Below, one piece after another: positions 23,594 to 32,436 of a stretch of 64,000 bases of DNA (the stretch's first letter is position 1; the number at the start of each line of letters is the position of its first letter). The DNA is from a virus. A program made the translations under genes and the position numbers. The notes below the pieces were generated by a model. That model was not told the DNA's origin and searched no databases. It worked only from the letters and a program-made list of their open reading frames with translations. The stretch is taken from positions 1 through 64,000 of IMG/VR virus record IMGVR_UViG_3300032236_000765; one strand, given 5' to 3'.

Positions 23594-24879
23594 TTTGTCA
23601 CCCTATATGCAGCCCACTTGTCACGACCTTTCCTCATGCCGATATGTCTATCTATATAAAAAGACATACCGTGGTCACTTTCTCGTTTTGACGGGAATTC
23701 ATTCCCTACATTTATAGAAATAGCTTTTGGCAGATAGCTCAAATCATCACCGGAATCCATACCAAATTCCGGGGATAGCAATCCTTTTATAGTTTTAACA
23801 GTTGGACGGATAGCTTCATTCATATCAATCCTAAATCTGCGAGCTTCATCATTCCAGTTTAAATAATCATCCTTATTTTCGACTGCTTTATCCCAATCAA
23901 TATCACCATGTTCATCGGTGTATTTCTCTTGCATCTGTTGATAGTAGTACTCATCATTTATTTCCCATTCGGATAATACTTCCCAAAGATATTCTTCAGC
24001 AAGGTCTGCGATCTGGTTAATATAATTTTGCAATTCTTCATCAGGACACATGATAATCATGTCTTTAGTTTCAGGTTCATTTTGCAAAAAGAATTCATAT
24101 AGTTCTGGAAATCTCTTAGTGAGCAGGACATATAGATTTATCTCTTCATCCTCTTCATTCATGAATTGTCCCGAAGGGAAATGTAATTGATACTTCTCAC
24201 CTTCATGCCGTGGCTTCTTGGGAATGAGAATATACATCTTACCCTGATTGTTGTAGTAGTCGAAATAGTTTTTTCCTTGAGTAGCAGCAGTACACCAACG
24301 AGTACCCCTACCGTATCGACAAGCAGCAGCCTCATCTTCTGGTACGACAACTAATACGTTGCCATCTTCATAGACTTTTGAGGCTTTGCCTTTTTCTTCT
24401 TCTTTTTTCTTATCCCCACCTTCGATCTTATCTAGATCATATTGGTTGATCATAGTGTCTTCAAAGTCTTTATAAGTCTTGAATCGATTAATATCATTAT
24501 GCTCAGACTTGATCATTCTGCGTCTTTTACCGATATCATATATTCCGAGAAGATTTCTACGATTCATATCTTCCATCTTAAGGCCGCCCTTGGCATATAC
24601 TTTTGCTAACCAAGGAGTGTACGCTTTGTTTGGAGTAGGGTCCTTTTCTTCAATTGCACTTAATATCTTATCAATCATCTCTGCTCGTTGTGCAGGTGTG
24701 ATCACTGCATTTATCTGTTCAGGTGTTGCATTTGCTAGCAGTCGGAGCCTTGTCCAGATATTTGCCAATCCATATGCAGTGGCCCCTCTATCTTGAGCAA
24801 AAGCCGTTAATAAACGATTACCAACTTGATTGGCTGTGATCTGTCTATTATACTCAAGGAGAAATTCTCTGGCTCGCAT
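23590..24879 (-). CDS. Putative head-packaged protein
   Basis: MRAREFLLE leader; YG.GTRWCT, KYQLHF.SGQFM motifs. Confidence 0.65.
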   Translation of the reverse strand: MRAREFLLEYNRQITANQVGNRLLTAFAQDRGATAYGLANIWTRLRLLANATPEQINAVITPAQRAEMIDKILSAIEEKDPTPNKAYTPWLAKVYAKGGLKMEDMNRRNLLGIYDIGKRRRMIKSEHNDINRFKTYKDFEDTMINQYDLDKIEGGDKKKEEEKGKASKVYEDGNVLVVVPEDEAAACRYGRGTRWCTAATQGKNYFDYYNNQGKMYILIPKKPRHEGEKYQLHFPSGQFMNEEDEEINLYVLLTKRFPELYEFFLQNEPETKDMIIMCPDEELQNYINQIADLAEEYLWEVLSEWEINDEYYYQQMQEKYTDEHGDIDWDKAVENKDDYLNWNDEARRFRIDMNEAIRPTVKTIKGLLSPEFGMDSGDDLSYLPKAISINVGNEFPSKRESDHGMSFYIDRHIGMRKGRDKWAAYRVTK

Positions 24880-24888
24880 GGCTAATAA

Positions 24889-25884
24889 TTAGCCTCTATC
24901 ACGACCGAAAAGATGATTCATTTCTTCATCACTAGCAACATCTTCACTATGATATGCAGTAGGATAAAGTCTCTTGATTCGTGCTACTTCTTCTGGAATG
25001 TTCCAGCCGCCGCGGGAAATTCCCATATCAATAGAAGCATTTTTTAATTCTTCAGAACGGCTTTCAAGTTCAGATACAATATGTTTCATCAGTCCAGGAA
25101 ATAACTTAGTGAATTGTTCTTCACCTACGTTATAGTCCTGTGTTGCATTCTTTAACTGGCGGGTAGCTGAGTGCATCTGCCACTTGCCGTTTTTATTATT
25201 CATATTTTGTTTATCGATAATGCTAACGATAGGACCGTCTGATGAATAACGGTTGAACCAGTTCAACCCGCTACTACTTCCAGTACAGAATTGACCTTGA
25301 TGTCCTTCTGCGTTATTGAATGTATAGCAAGAGCCATAGTTTAATGGAACAATGACATAATATCTATCATTGTCAATAAGCACGATCTGTTTTGCATTCT
25401 TCTTCATTGCTGCTAGTTTTTCAGCATCAGCAATCTTTCTCAATGCATCACGATATTTGTCTTTGCGTATAACTTTTTGTAATTTTTCGATTGAAGAAAA
25501 TTTATTAAAGTCCTGATCATTAGGATCTAACAAACCACGAACACTAAGTGCTTTCCAAGAACCTAATGCATCTCCCCCTTCACCGTTGATTTCTTCATAA
25601 TTATTGATATGATTGACATACAGTTTTGTTAACCAAGCATCAAACTTGCCGTCTCTTGATAAGTCACCGTAGTTAGTAAGAGCCAGTGTACGGTCGATCA
25701 ATTTACTCCATAGCTTAACCACATCTTCATCACTTGGCTTAGGGCCTAGACTTGCTAGTGCTGGTGCCGGAAAGGTTGAATCATGTTTTACAGCCAAAGC
25801 CAGCATTTTAGTCATTCTTGGATCTTTAAGAATCTTTTCTGCATGGTTTGCTTCTGTTAATCTAGTTTTTATTAAGCGTCTCAT
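24889..25884 (-). CDS. Putative head-packaged protein, distant paralog of 23590..24879
   Basis: RLTEA leader; DFNKF, FCTG, KWQMH..T.Q motifs. Confidence 0.65.
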   Translation of the reverse strand: MRRLIKTRLTEANHAEKILKDPRMTKMLALAVKHDSTFPAPALASLGPKPSDEDVVKLWSKLIDRTLALTNYGDLSRDGKFDAWLTKLYVNHINNYEEINGEGGDALGSWKALSVRGLLDPNDQDFNKFSSIEKLQKVIRKDKYRDALRKIADAEKLAAMKKNAKQIVLIDNDRYYVIVPLNYGSCYTFNNAEGHQGQFCTGSSSGLNWFNRYSSDGPIVSIIDKQNMNNKNGKWQMHSATRQLKNATQDYNVGEEQFTKLFPGLMKHIVSELESRSEELKNASIDMGISRGGWNIPEEVARIKRLYPTAYHSEDVASDEEMNHLFGRDRG

Positions 25885-25895
25885 GATTGTCCTTC

Positions 25896-26888
25896 TTATA
25901 GGTGTAATAGTACGTGTTTTAAATAGTTCATCAGTGTGACTAATTTATTTTGGTCACCGTTTGCAATATCAGCGACGACTTTTTTCATGCCCTCACTTCT
26001 ATCAGGTGAGTTAGAACGATAGCCACTACCTAAAGTGAAATTGCCGGTATCATCTGGGTAGTAATGACTTGCGGTCATATATAGCGCAGGTCTTAATCTT
26101 GACTTTAACTCAGCAGGCACTGATGCAGGATCATCGATGAGTCTTTCTCTGATATCACTCAATTTTTTTAATATCTGTAGCTTAATTTCTACTTTATTGT
26201 AAGCATCATTCTTTAGGGCTATACCACTAACACCTTTAACATCAGCGATTGCTTGATCGACGTATTTTAAAAATAATGGACGTAATTTATTATATATTGC
26301 TTCTAGATTCGTACTCATACTAGCAGTTGGGTCTAGCATAGTAGGATTATCAATCCTTCTAGCGCGTTCACGTTCATCACGCTTTTTCTCGACTTCACCT
26401 CTTGAACTTCTGCCATAGCCACCGGTACCTACAGAAGACCAATACCCCATGACTTTTCCTAAGTCTTCTTTCATATCACCTACTAGTGCGTTGATACTAC
26501 TTGAACGGAGTTTGCGAATTCCGTTACCGGTCGCAACCATTGCACGCCATTCAGAACCATCCCATTTTATTGCAGCGGTTCCTCTACTACCAGCAATCAA
26601 CACATAGTTAGGAGAACGCTCTTTAATATCCTTCCATGTTATTTTAGTTTCAGGCTTCCATTGTACATTATCCGGAATAGAAAGTTCACTATGGACATGT
26701 TGAATGAGCAAATCTGCATATGGGCTATTACGAACAGTCGAACTGATTGATGAGTCCTCATCTAGAATCTCATGCAAAACGTGGGATATAGCCTTATGAA
26801 ACATCTTACGTGCCGGATCATTGTTAGAACGTCTTGACGGTTGTAATGGTATGAATCTATTTTCTTTAAGTAGGTCTGATCTTCTCAT
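25896..26888 (-). CDS. Putative head-packaged protein
   Basis: Start revised to MRRSDLLKE; internal ILDED. Confidence 0.65.
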   Translation of the reverse strand: MRRSDLLKENRFIPLQPSRRSNNDPARKMFHKAISHVLHEILDEDSSISSTVRNSPYADLLIQHVHSELSIPDNVQWKPETKITWKDIKERSPNYVLIAGSRGTAAIKWDGSEWRAMVATGNGIRKLRSSSINALVGDMKEDLGKVMGYWSSVGTGGYGRSSRGEVEKKRDERERARRIDNPTMLDPTASMSTNLEAIYNKLRPLFLKYVDQAIADVKGVSGIALKNDAYNKVEIKLQILKKLSDIRERLIDDPASVPAELKSRLRPALYMTASHYYPDDTGNFTLGSGYRSNSPDRSEGMKKVVADIANGDQNKLVTLMNYLKHVLLHL

Positions 26889-26890
26889 TA

Positions 26891-27334
26891 TTATGCTCTT
26901 GTTGTCTTTAGAATGCTTCTGAGCATCCAATTGTGTTTGCCGTGAGCATCAATACGCTCTGCAATAAAGTTAGCGATTCCCTGTTCATCTGCTTCTTCTG
27001 CGACATGAAAAGCCTGTTTCCACATATGCAAAATCTTTAGATTATCATCGTATAGTTCTTGCATCATGAGTTCAGCACGAGGAACTTTAAGTTGATCTTC
27101 AACATGACTTAGTTCTGAGAGACGGGCGAGACTGCCTGGAGTATATACATCAAGTTGACGAATTATCTCAGCAGTACGATCAATTGTATTTCCGTAAACT
27201 TCTTCATAAAGATTACCTAAAAATTCATGGTATTGAGGGAAATCCGGGCCTTCGACATTCCAATGGAAATATTGCGTCTTAATTGAAAACGCATATACGG
27301 TGGCCAACATTGTCTTAAGAGTATCTGCTAACAT
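26891..27334 (-). CDS. dps: Dps/ferritin-like DNA-protecting protein
   Basis: FHWNVEGPDF..YHEF...LYEE, D..AE.IR.L, H.KH.WML. Confidence 0.92.
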   Translation of the reverse strand: MLADTLKTMLATVYAFSIKTQYFHWNVEGPDFPQYHEFLGNLYEEVYGNTIDRTAEIIRQLDVYTPGSLARLSELSHVEDQLKVPRAELMMQELYDDNLKILHMWKQAFHVAEEADEQGIANFIAERIDAHGKHNWMLRSILKTTRA

Positions 27335-27351
27335 TTAAAATATCCTATGAA

Positions 27352-27720
27352 CTATTTATCGTTTTTACTATTATTTGGTTTCTTATTTTTATACAGATGT
27401 CTTAATATAACCGAATCAGTATCTTCGTAAGTCATTGCAGTTATTCTACGAGGACCCTTGCGTTTGAACATACCGTACTCTTGTTCATAAGTAGTTGGTC
27501 CGCCGACCATAGAACCACCGCTATTACCAGCAGAGCCACCTCCCTGGCCAGTACTAGCGGTTTCTACGATACCTTCTGCTTGCAACTCACGCATAGCTTG
27601 CACTAACGGATGCACAAAAGGTTCGGGTTCAGTGATTTCTTCCGCAATGGAGTCTGATGCTTCTAGCATCCTCATTTTCTCTATGAGTGTGCTAATTTCA
27701 TCCACATACATTTTTGCCAC
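27352..27720 (-). CDS. Putative internal head protein
   Basis: Multiple hydrophobic-x-E sites; Gly-rich segment. Confidence 0.55.
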   Translation of the reverse strand: MAKMYVDEISTLIEKMRMLEASDSIAEEITEPEPFVHPLVQAMRELQAEGIVETASTGQGGGSAGNSGGSMVGGPTTYEQEYGMFKRKGPRRITAMTYEDTDSVILRHLYKNKKPNNSKNDK

Positions 27721-27751
27721 TTTTCCCTAATAAACCTTACTATCTCAAAAA

Positions 27752-30208
27752 TTATTTTTTCTTTTTGGTTACAAAGTCAGCAAGAGCCTTTGTGAATGTT
27801 GCGAGTGTCATACCGCCGGCGCCAACAAATGCACCTGCTGCTACCAACCCTTGAAAAAATTGAAACCATTCGTCAGGTCTCATATAAGGTATAAGCTGGG
27901 TCCAAGGAATTGATTCATCTAACATTTCTTCATTAGTTGTACCAGCCATCTTTGGCTTGAACTTGCGATATGATTGACCTGCATTTCCACCTTGACCCAT
28001 ACCGCTTGCATAAGCAGTGTCTTCAAATGTTCTGCGATCTCTCCAACCACCTGGTTGAGTTCCTACCGGTCCTGAAGTGTCTGGCATCTCTCGCATGACA
28101 CCTCTATTTGTGCGTGACATTGAACTGTTGTATGAACCTTTTGTGGGAATGCGTGAAGGTTTATAATTCATATTTTCAGCGACTTTTTTCGTTTTTAAAC
28201 TATTTGCATACTTTAGTATTTCATCTATTACACCGACTACTTTTTTTAATGGTACCTTTGACGCAAAAACTGTCTGTATGAATTTCATTACATTAGGATT
28301 TTTGCTTTTAACGGCTGCTTCCATCACATACTGCTTCATTGAACTTCTAGATATAGAATATTCTTCATTCAAGCCTATTGCATTGCCTAATGTATTCTTT
28401 ATAAATTTCAATAAGTTTATGAAGTTGTCTCCTTGACCCAAGGCTATGATTGCTGAAGCTGCAACAGCTCCCAATACTGGAGTTACTTTTTCTTTTATAA
28501 AGTTTTTAAGTTTTTCCCCTGTGCTAAAATCTGTCTTATCAGGATGAAACTCTCCGTATTCTCTCAATCTAGCTTCTTTCACTTTATTCTTTATTTGTCC
28601 ACGACGCTGGACCCCTGAATTCATAGTAGACTTCGTGGATTTGGGATTCTTACTTTCTCTATACATTGTGTTAGTCTCTTTCCTTCTAATTGTTTTTCTA
28701 CTGTCAGATCGGGATTCAAACTGATCAGTTCCTGGTATAGGGTGAACGATTGGATGGCATCCCTGCCAATACTCATGATCAAGTGCAGGTGTCCATGCCA
28801 TGAATTGAGCAGTGTCACCCTCTGTGCATTGCCTGCTTCTCCAGCCCATTTGACTTGATACTCTTTTGACTAATAATTGATAAAGTTTTCGTCTGCTTTC
28901 ACCGCTACCTGTAAATGTAACCCAGGTAGTATTAGAATTTTTAACAAAGTTAACAACATGGTGCATCACTGTGGCCAATACTTGAGCAGCCGCAGGCCCT
29001 AGATCACCTGTTAGATCATATTCACTCTCATTATCATTTACCCAGCGACTAAAACTTATTATTAGACCATGATTTTTATGTTGTTTAATAAAGCTAGCCA
29101 TACGTGTTGGAGAAATTATTTCGTCATAATAATATATGTTACGGTTATTACTATATAGAATTGCTAGTTCATAATCATGAACTACTTCTTTACCGGTGTT
29201 AGGATCAGTTACAGTTATTGCAAAATCTCCTTGTTGACCGTCTCTGAAACGGGTCCATTTGATCGGCAAAGGTTTGTCAAACAATTCGTTCAGTTGGTTT
29301 TCTTTTACATGCTTAGGCTTTTGGTGATGTTTTTTCATATTGATAGCGATTGCAGCTTGTTGTGCTGCATTTGCTGCTTCTTTTACACTCTCACTCTTAG
29401 TGCCCCAGTTCTTTGCACCCTTCTTACGGCATTGAACTAACGCACCACTAGCATATGCGCTTGGCCATACCTTGTAGCGACTTTTGACTTTGTAGTAGCA
29501 GGCATCTTGCTTCTCATTGATCATCGATTCAGGATACATACTGCCACCACATTCTGGACATTTCTGTCTATCTTCATTTTTCTTTCGGCCAGCACAATGT
29601 GCTTTCTGACTGAAGCCTTTTGGGTGTGAGCAATCAATACTACGCTTGTATTTTTCACTCCATTTTTCTTCTAACTCTTGTCCTTCATTTTTTACACAGT
29701 TAGGAACAGTCTTGCCGAACATCTTCTTGTTACCCTCTTTGTGATAACCCTTCCAGCAATTCTCATCCATCTGTTCTTCATTAGTCTTTTTCTTGGTAGC
29801 AACATTCTTTGCTGCACCGCGACGATCAGGATTTGGGTCTTCTCTGCGCTTCTTACTAGCAGCATATTTGCGACCCTTCTTACCTAAGTTCTGTGCTTTC
29901 TTTTGCGGCAAGCATTTTGGTTTACCTTCACTGTCACTACCCCTTGCACAAGCACCACGAATCTTTCCGTCTGGGCCAAAACGAACCCACTTCTCTTTGA
30001 ACCACTTGTGAAGATTTTCGTCTAGTTCGACCTCTTCATGTGTTTCAGTTCTGAGTTCGATTTCTTTTCTTGGAAATTTTTTCTTCATCTGTCTAAGAGC
30101 ATCTTCTGCTTCTTTAGGATCGACATATTTTGTTGCAGCTACACCGTCGATATACAGAACAAGTACCTGCTCAGATTCGTCAACAATGCCTTTCATGATA
30201 CTTGACAT
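27752..30208 (-). CDS. Modular internal-head polyprotein
   Basis: Short basic Cys-containing modules separated by LDE/MDE/LEE/INE/VKE/LNE. Confidence 0.7.
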   Translation of the reverse strand: MSSIMKGIVDESEQVLVLYIDGVAATKYVDPKEAEDALRQMKKKFPRKEIELRTETHEEVELDENLHKWFKEKWVRFGPDGKIRGACARGSDSEGKPKCLPQKKAQNLGKKGRKYAASKKRREDPNPDRRGAAKNVATKKKTNEEQMDENCWKGYHKEGNKKMFGKTVPNCVKNEGQELEEKWSEKYKRSIDCSHPKGFSQKAHCAGRKKNEDRQKCPECGGSMYPESMINEKQDACYYKVKSRYKVWPSAYASGALVQCRKKGAKNWGTKSESVKEAANAAQQAAIAINMKKHHQKPKHVKENQLNELFDKPLPIKWTRFRDGQQGDFAITVTDPNTGKEVVHDYELAILYSNNRNIYYYDEIISPTRMASFIKQHKNHGLIISFSRWVNDNESEYDLTGDLGPAAAQVLATVMHHVVNFVKNSNTTWVTFTGSGESRRKLYQLLVKRVSSQMGWRSRQCTEGDTAQFMAWTPALDHEYWQGCHPIVHPIPGTDQFESRSDSRKTIRRKETNTMYRESKNPKSTKSTMNSGVQRRGQIKNKVKEARLREYGEFHPDKTDFSTGEKLKNFIKEKVTPVLGAVAASAIIALGQGDNFINLLKFIKNTLGNAIGLNEEYSISRSSMKQYVMEAAVKSKNPNVMKFIQTVFASKVPLKKVVGVIDEILKYANSLKTKKVAENMNYKPSRIPTKGSYNSSMSRTNRGVMREMPDTSGPVGTQPGGWRDRRTFEDTAYASGMGQGGNAGQSYRKFKPKMAGTTNEEMLDESIPWTQLIPYMRPDEWFQFFQGLVAAGAFVGAGGMTLATFTKALADFVTKKKK

Positions 30209-31369
30209 TTATCTGTTCCTTAATCTGCGGTAGTTCTTATTATATAATTGTGCTTCATTTAACATTTTATTCCAAAAACGTTTTAAGCTTTCAGCAGTGA
30301 ATGATGGATAATCATCACCGTACATTACTTTCGTGTCTCTAGCTATAAAAGTCTTTATTTGACGTAGAACCGCATCCTCATCACCGCGCATACGAATCAA
30401 AAGTTGTAGTGTTAAAATAGGATCAAGAGGAACTGGGGCTTCGTTACGAATATAATAGTAAAGATTTGGAGCAAATTCTTTTATTTGTTGATAAGCATCA
30501 TCATGCTCGGAAGTGATAAATCCACCGGTTTGGTTCACGTTTGTGTTAGTATCACTGATTCTATGAGAATGACTTTCACCTACACCGCCACCTGCGATTA
30601 CACCTTCATGTGCATTATTATTTTCTTGTGCACTGATGAGATATTCAGTGACTCCGGTCATCATACCCTTGATCTGCCCGATCTTTTCTGAGACCCATTC
30701 AGGAAAATGATCACTGTTCTCTAATCTATTATGTAGCTCTTTGGCATTGCGAGCGATAGTTCTTAGGCTATTCTTTAGAGTCTCACCCTCGCGGTCTGAT
30801 TTATCTGGGTCAAATGAATGGAAGCCAGTCTTTAATCTACGACCTTGTCCTGGTACAAGAATCAATTCGTCTTCTTCTAGACGAGCTTCATGTACTTCTT
30901 TTTTGATTTCACACTTACTATTAGGATGCTTATTCTGCATGATTGTTACTTGATCTTGTGCATCTTTTATATTCACGGACTTAGTTACTGGCTTACCATT
31001 AATATAGACAACATAAACTTGTTCGCTCTCTTTCAAGCGTTGAGCTTCATGTACTTCTTTTTTGATTTCATACTTACGGTCAGGATGCTCTTTCCTCATT
31101 ATAGAAATCTGTTCTTGTGCATCTTTTTCAGTCGTAGATTTAGTTGCTGGTTTACCATTAATATATATTACGTGAACCTCTTCGCTTTCTTTCAAGCTAT
31201 TAACAAACGGCTTACTTGTCTTCTTACCGGTAAATAGATTACCGACTTTCTTACCACTGTACACACCTTTACCCACAGCAGAACGCTTCATTGGTCCTCC
31301 GTTCATAGGAGCTGCTACAGTAGCGACACTACCGGATGTTGTTGACTCACAGATTTCAGTAATTCTCAT
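30209..31369 (-). CDS. Modular internal-head polyprotein
   Basis: MRITEICES leader; tandem ~50-aa repeat. Confidence 0.7.
   Translation of the reverse strand: MRITEICESTTSGSVATVAAPMNGGPMKRSAVGKGVYSGKKVGNLFTGKKTSKPFVNSLKESEEVHVIYINGKPATKSTTEKDAQEQISIMRKEHPDRKYEIKKEVHEAQRLKESEQVYVVYINGKPVTKSVNIKDAQDQVTIMQNKHPNSKCEIKKEVHEARLEEDELILVPGQGRRLKTGFHSFDPDKSDREGETLKNSLRTIARNAKELHNRLENSDHFPEWVSEKIGQIKGMMTGVTEYLISAQENNNAHEGVIAGGGVGESHSHRISDTNTNVNQTGGFITSEHDDAYQQIKEFAPNLYYYIRNEAPVPLDPILTLQLLIRMRGDEDAVLRQIKTFIARDTKVMYGDDYPSFTAESLKRFWNKMLNEAQLYNKNYRRLRNR
30885..31195 (-). repeat. Tandem duplication of a ~50-codon module (third copy at ~30030-30180)
   Basis: ESE.V.V.YI.G..ATK....K.A....M.K..P..K.EI..E.HE, three copies. 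Confidence 0.85.
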
Positions 31370-31415
31370 AAATAATCATCCATTTATTTTATATAGAGTA
31401 TTTATCTCAACAAAT

Positions 31416-31443
31416 AAAAAGAGGTCCCATTTCTGGGACCTCT
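31416..31443 (-). terminator. Intrinsic terminator
   Basis: AGAGGTCCCA-GAAA-TGGGACCTCT-TTTT. Confidence 0.85.
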
Positions 31444-31468
31444 GGATGTTTCAAAAAGAAACTTCCTT

Positions 31469-32374
31469 TTATTGAGCAGAACCTTCAGGTGGTTGATTTT
31501 CTGCTGCTGCCTTAGCTGCTTGAGCTTCAACATACATCGGACCAACAGTGCTGAGAAGATGCTCTTGATTCTCCATGCAGAACACATAAGAACCGGAGTG
31601 ACGTAGAAGAACACGCTTATCGATCCAAATCTTACCACCAAGGTCACGCCAGTTTTCACAGAACGTCCAGTCTTCTGAGTAATAACGATTCTGACGAACT
31701 GCTGTGTCGAAGTAAGTCTTCAAGTATTGATCGTACTTCGGATCAAGACCAATGTCGTTCTTGTACTGCTTGACTGCTGGATGAGCATTCATCTTTTCAA
31801 AGACATGCTTCTTCATGAGAAGGAAGCCGGTGCCTGCCTTCGAAACTTCTTGAAGACCGTCTGGACCTTCTTCAGCACCATCAAAGCCGTTGACAACCCA
31901 CTTGATCGGCATCGTCTTCATCGGATACAAACCACCGATAACATCAACGTCTCTATTCAAGAGAACTAGCAAGTGCCAGGGTTCCCAACCGATATCAGCG
32001 TCAACGAAGAACAAGTGTGTTGCTTCAGGCATGTCAAGGAACTTAGCGGTGAGCGTATTTCTAGCTCTGCTGATTAGTGATTCATTCACCATTGTTTCAA
32101 GAGTCCAATCAATGCCCAACTGACGAGCAGTGTTTGCCCACTTGATGAAACTCATAAATGTAGATTCAGTCAACATACCGCCGTAGCAAGGCATTGCGAT
32201 ATGAACCTTAGTAGTACGTAGATAGTCTACGTTAACTTGAACTTGGTTCTGCTGCGGTTGTTGTTCTTGTGCTTCCTGTTCATTGATTTCTTGAACAGCC
32301 TCTTGCACTGCTTCGACTGGGATAGTTGCTTCTTCAGTTGAAGCAGTAGTATTCTTTGATTTCTTAGTTGCCAT
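31469..32374 (-). CDS. GT-A fold glycosyltransferase-like protein
   Basis: IAMPCYGG, ESLISRARN, FVDADI, GTGFLL, SEDW.FC. Confidence 0.85.
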   Translation of the reverse strand: MATKKSKNTTASTEEATIPVEAVQEAVQEINEQEAQEQQPQQNQVQVNVDYLRTTKVHIAMPCYGGMLTESTFMSFIKWANTARQLGIDWTLETMVNESLISRARNTLTAKFLDMPEATHLFFVDADIGWEPWHLLVLLNRDVDVIGGLYPMKTMPIKWVVNGFDGAEEGPDGLQEVSKAGTGFLLMKKHVFEKMNAHPAVKQYKNDIGLDPKYDQYLKTYFDTAVRQNRYYSEDWTFCENWRDLGGKIWIDKRVLLRHSGSYVFCMENQEHLLSTVGPMYVEAQAAKAAAENQPPEGSAQ

Positions 32375-32436
32375 ACAGTCCTCTTTTTGTGTAAACTAAC
32401 TAGTAGTAATATTTACACGGAAGAAGGGTAGTGGAA

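Noticed and set aside
30206-30211. In-frame TAA-ATG junction suggesting read-through fusion of two polyproteins
   Set aside because: The same junction occurs at 63093-63098 between unrelated genes; ordinary translational coupling suffices
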